NCBI GenBank assembly: GCA_964408165.1
Contig: CAYOYH010000001.1
Coordinates: 1-38,805 of the forward strand
Origin: an uncultured Candidatus Saccharibacteria bacterium
GTDB taxonomy: Bacteria; Patescibacteriota; Saccharimonadia; Saccharimonadales; CAYOYH01
Direction of reading: 5' to 3'
DNA: 38,805 nt
A program made the translations under genes and the position numbers. A model generated the notes under the pieces. The model saw only the letters and a program-made list of their open reading frames with translations, had not been told where the DNA came from and searched no databases. Shown piece after piece: positions 36,690-38,805 of the stretch. Within the stretch, counting starts at the first letter, position 1, and every line of letters starts with the position of its first letter.

Positions 36690-36905
36690 TGCGTAATGGA
36701 TTCGTCTATTACAGATGAGGCAGTAGGTCTATGGCTTCGGCTATAGACTCTGTAACACTACTCAATAAAACCTGTTTTTAGAACATTTGATACTTCTTCT
36801 TTGATTTCGGGCAGTGTATTGCGGGCGATAATTCGCCTGTAGCACACTGCCCAAACGGGACAGTAGTAGCTTCGGCTATTTAAGCTATCCCGCAAGGGAA
36901 GGAGT
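36690..36905 (+). ncRNA. candidate structured leader/ncRNA with three UUCG-capped hairpins and one GCAA-capped hairpin
   Basis: Hairpins at 36693-36712, 36726-36749 and 36865-36880 (UUCG loops). A nested stem joins 36809-36817 and 36844-36852. ccc-gcaa-ggg at 36889-36898 abuts the SD. Confidence 0.4.
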
Positions 36906-36911
36906 TTGATA

Positions 36912-37529
36912 ATGTCCATGGAAAACGTTGACGGGGTTGATGAGGGTCGTCAGATCCTTACCGCCCTTGGCGTTGCTGTCCGACAGCGCGCCACCGAAGC
37001 GGCCAAAGAGGCAGCCGCGCTCCTTGCTCAGCTCCAAGAGTTAAGCAAGGAAAGCTCAGTCGCCGAAATTGGCGCCCGAGCCGTTCAACAGCACATTGCT
37101 GATGAAATCGGCGAAGTCGCCGAGGAGACCGCCACGGCAGGCGAGGAAGCTGGGCAACTCGAAGCTGTTATCACGGGCACCACGCCCGTGTCCTCGCCGC
37201 CAGATGGCGACGAGGAGGAGACAGACGACGAAGAAGTCGTCCCGCCTCTAGCAGCACCCGAGCCGACGACTGCCCCCACGGCAATCGTCCGCCACCCCCG
37301 TAACTGGGGTTGGCTGGCTTGGGCAACGGCGATCATCGCGGGGTTTCTAACCCTAAGATTCGTCGTCATGCCTGCCTCCGGTCCGATATCCGAGTTTTTA
37401 CTCGGTCCCGCCGGATGGAGCTGGCTGGTAACAACCAGTCAGTGGGCGCTCGGTGCTACAACCACCCTCACGGGGTTCTACCTCGGTGGATGGTTGGGTT
37501 CCTGGCTAGACGAGGAGGTACTCTCCTAA
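36912..37529 (+). CDS. hypothetical membrane protein (acidic helical N-terminus, Pro-rich linker, Trp/Gly-rich C-terminal TM helices)
   Basis: GGAG lies 7 nt upstream of the ATG at 36912. GC-rich codon usage differs from the rest of the window. Confidence 0.6.
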   Translation: MSMENVDGVDEGRQILTALGVAVRQRATEAAKEAAALLAQLQELSKESSVAEIGARAVQQHIADEIGEVAEETATAGEEAGQLEAVITGTTPVSSPPDGDEEETDDEEVVPPLAAPEPTTAPTAIVRHPRNWGWLAWATAIIAGFLTLRFVVMPASGPISEFLLGPAGWSWLVTTSQWALGATTTLTGFYLGGWLGSWLDEEVLS

Positions 37530-37700
37530 TCTAGTCAGCTACGAGTTAGCAACTCATAAAAATTGCTCGGATGTGGCTAGAATTGCCCTGGTGCAAGCTA
37601 GATGAGATGCAAATTCTCATACATCCGCTAAGTCCCATAATCCTCTGGGGACTCAAAGAAATTAGAGGCCGTCGCTCTATACCCTTAGGAGGTATTTAAG

Positions 37701-38805
37701 ATGGAGCGTCAAAAAACCTGGCGTGACGGAGCGAAGGCCTTCTTCGCTTTAACAACGCTGATCATCGCCATGATGGCGATGATTTGGCTTCTCGTTGGTG
37801 CATTTAGCACTGACGAAGAAGGATCAGGCGACGCAACAGCGCCGTCTGAGGAAACGACCACGGTGCCTGCCACGACCACGACGACCATCGTAACCATCGC
37901 CGACGAAGAGTCGGGAAACCTAATGGTTGCGGAAGTCGCCGAGTGGTCTCCAGTGTTTAACGCTGGAGACTTAGTGCAGGATAGCACCATGTGTAGCTTC
38001 TTCTCTTCGGAAACAGAAGCATATGCATGGATCAGTGCGGTTCAGATTGCTACAGAGGAGTCCGAACAGGATTTCCTCGACATCTTCAATGAGCGCTATC
38101 AAGTGCTCCGCAAAGATTACTGGCAACAATTGCCTACGGCTGCCCTCAACATGATGAAGTTCATGGAAAAGGGAAAACCTTGGTTACCTGAGCTGGTAGA
38201 AGCTCTGAACGGGGCTGGTTCCTGGGATGAGGAAAACCCATCGAAGACGATGGTCCTCGTCGAGGAACTAACCTGGACGTCTGTAGTCAAGACTCCAACC
38301 AGTTTCCGCACCACAGGGTGTCGGAACCACGGCGAGTCAGACGATTCGGGGTTCCGAACCGTCTTCAAGGCTCAGAATGTGACTGTGTCACCTGATGACC
38401 CCGACTGGGTTCCGACCCTTGTCGATGTCATCTTGCCATCCGTTATCAACATGCGCCTGCAGACTGAAGGTTCCGACCTTCGAGTGCATATGGTGCAGTT
38501 GGATGATGGCATTGCGTTTGACATTGTGAACCTTTCCACCCAGCGTGGAAAGAGGATCGAAATCGATCGCAAGGCGAGCGTGCCAGTTATCGTTGTCGAT
38601 GAGAAAAGCAACTTCGTGTATACGGAGATGTTGTTCTCGACCGTTTGCGGCAATCCACCCTTGCCGGAGTTCGCTCCGCCACGCAAGGTTGAAGCCACGA
38701 CGACCACGACTGTGCCGCCGACAACAACGACGACCACTCTGCCGCCGACGCCGACCACCACAACGCTGCCGCCGACGCAGCCCCCCAACACGCAGCCGCC
38801 GGAGG
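37701..38805 (+). CDS. hypothetical signal-anchored surface protein with Thr/Pro-rich linkers (partial, runs off the window; not in the supplied ORF track)
   Basis: AGGAGG at 37687-37692, 8 nt before the ATG. My manual translation gives 368 codons without a stop: MERQKTWRDGAKAFFALTTLIIAMMAMIWLLVGAF...TTTTTVPPTTTTTTLPPTPTTTTLPPTQPPNTQPPE. Confidence 0.75.
   Translation, partial: MERQKTWRDGAKAFFALTTLIIAMMAMIWLLVGAFSTDEEGSGDATAPSEETTTVPATTTTTIVTIADEESGNLMVAEVAEWSPVFNAGDLVQDSTMCSFFSSETEAYAWISAVQIATEESEQDFLDIFNERYQVLRKDYWQQLPTAALNMMKFMEKGKPWLPELVEALNGAGSWDEENPSKTMVLVEELTWTSVVKTPTSFRTTGCRNHGESDDSGFRTVFKAQNVTVSPDDPDWVPTLVDVILPSVINMRLQTEGSDLRVHMVQLDDGIAFDIVNLSTQRGKRIEIDRKASVPVIVVDEKSNFVYTEMLFSTVCGNPPLPEFAPPRKVEATTTTTVPPTTTTTTLPPTPTTTTLPPTQPPNTQPPE

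Noticed and set aside
37069-37534. ORFs 37069..37251, 37085..37369 and 37310..37534.
   Set aside because: They are alternative-frame or antisense ORFs inside the better-supported 36912..37529 gene.
37709-38791. Minus-strand ORFs 37709..37990, 38117..38368 and 38372..38791 (Val/Gly/Ser-rich).
   Set aside because: They are antisense to the uninterrupted plus-strand ORF starting at 37701, which has a strong SD. Long antisense ORFs are expected in GC-rich coding sequence.

Overview
This 38.8-kb window looks like a small-genome, moderate-GC bacterium. The gene set suggests a Patescibacteria/CPR, Saccharibacteria-like organism, but that is inference only. Almost all housekeeping genes are on the minus strand: rplS, a PilB/GspE ATPase, a FolC-like ligase, atpF-H-A-G-D-C, tatD, metG, a transglutaminase-like surface protein, an AEC transporter, pgeF, rsmA, a DUF348/G5 cell-wall protein, a NUDIX hydrolase, pcrA/uvrD, tpiA, pgk and tRNA-Glu.

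The main observations are:
- pcrA/uvrD is interrupted in helicase motif III by a canonical 360-aa intein. Its central domain is not visibly LAGLIDADG or HNH and looks GIY-YIG/T5orf172-like.
- The F-type ATPase cluster has no a or c subunit genes. It is preceded by a secreted protein ending in a c-subunit-like two-helix hairpin with no carboxylate. Its epsilon subunit has a charged N-terminal extension instead of the usual C-terminal helices.
- A PaaX-like (wHTH plus Cas2-like fold) gene is bracketed by near-identical 36-bp palindromes. A third copy lies 26 kb away, at the edge of an accessory region.
- Two IS elements sit next to each other: an IS481-type element with a 14-bp target duplication, and a Zn-finger DDE element.
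- Several families of structured intergenic repeats are present.
- An 18-bp duplication of the tRNA-Glu 5' end brackets a GC-rich, hairpin-dense 275-bp segment.
- A roughly 950-bp gene-free, hairpin-rich region precedes a higher-GC terminal island. That island encodes Thr/Pro-rich membrane proteins, including a plus-strand ORF (37701 to the window end) that is missing from the supplied ORF track.

I saw no CRISPR array and no rRNA gene. All GC statements are by eye, not computed.
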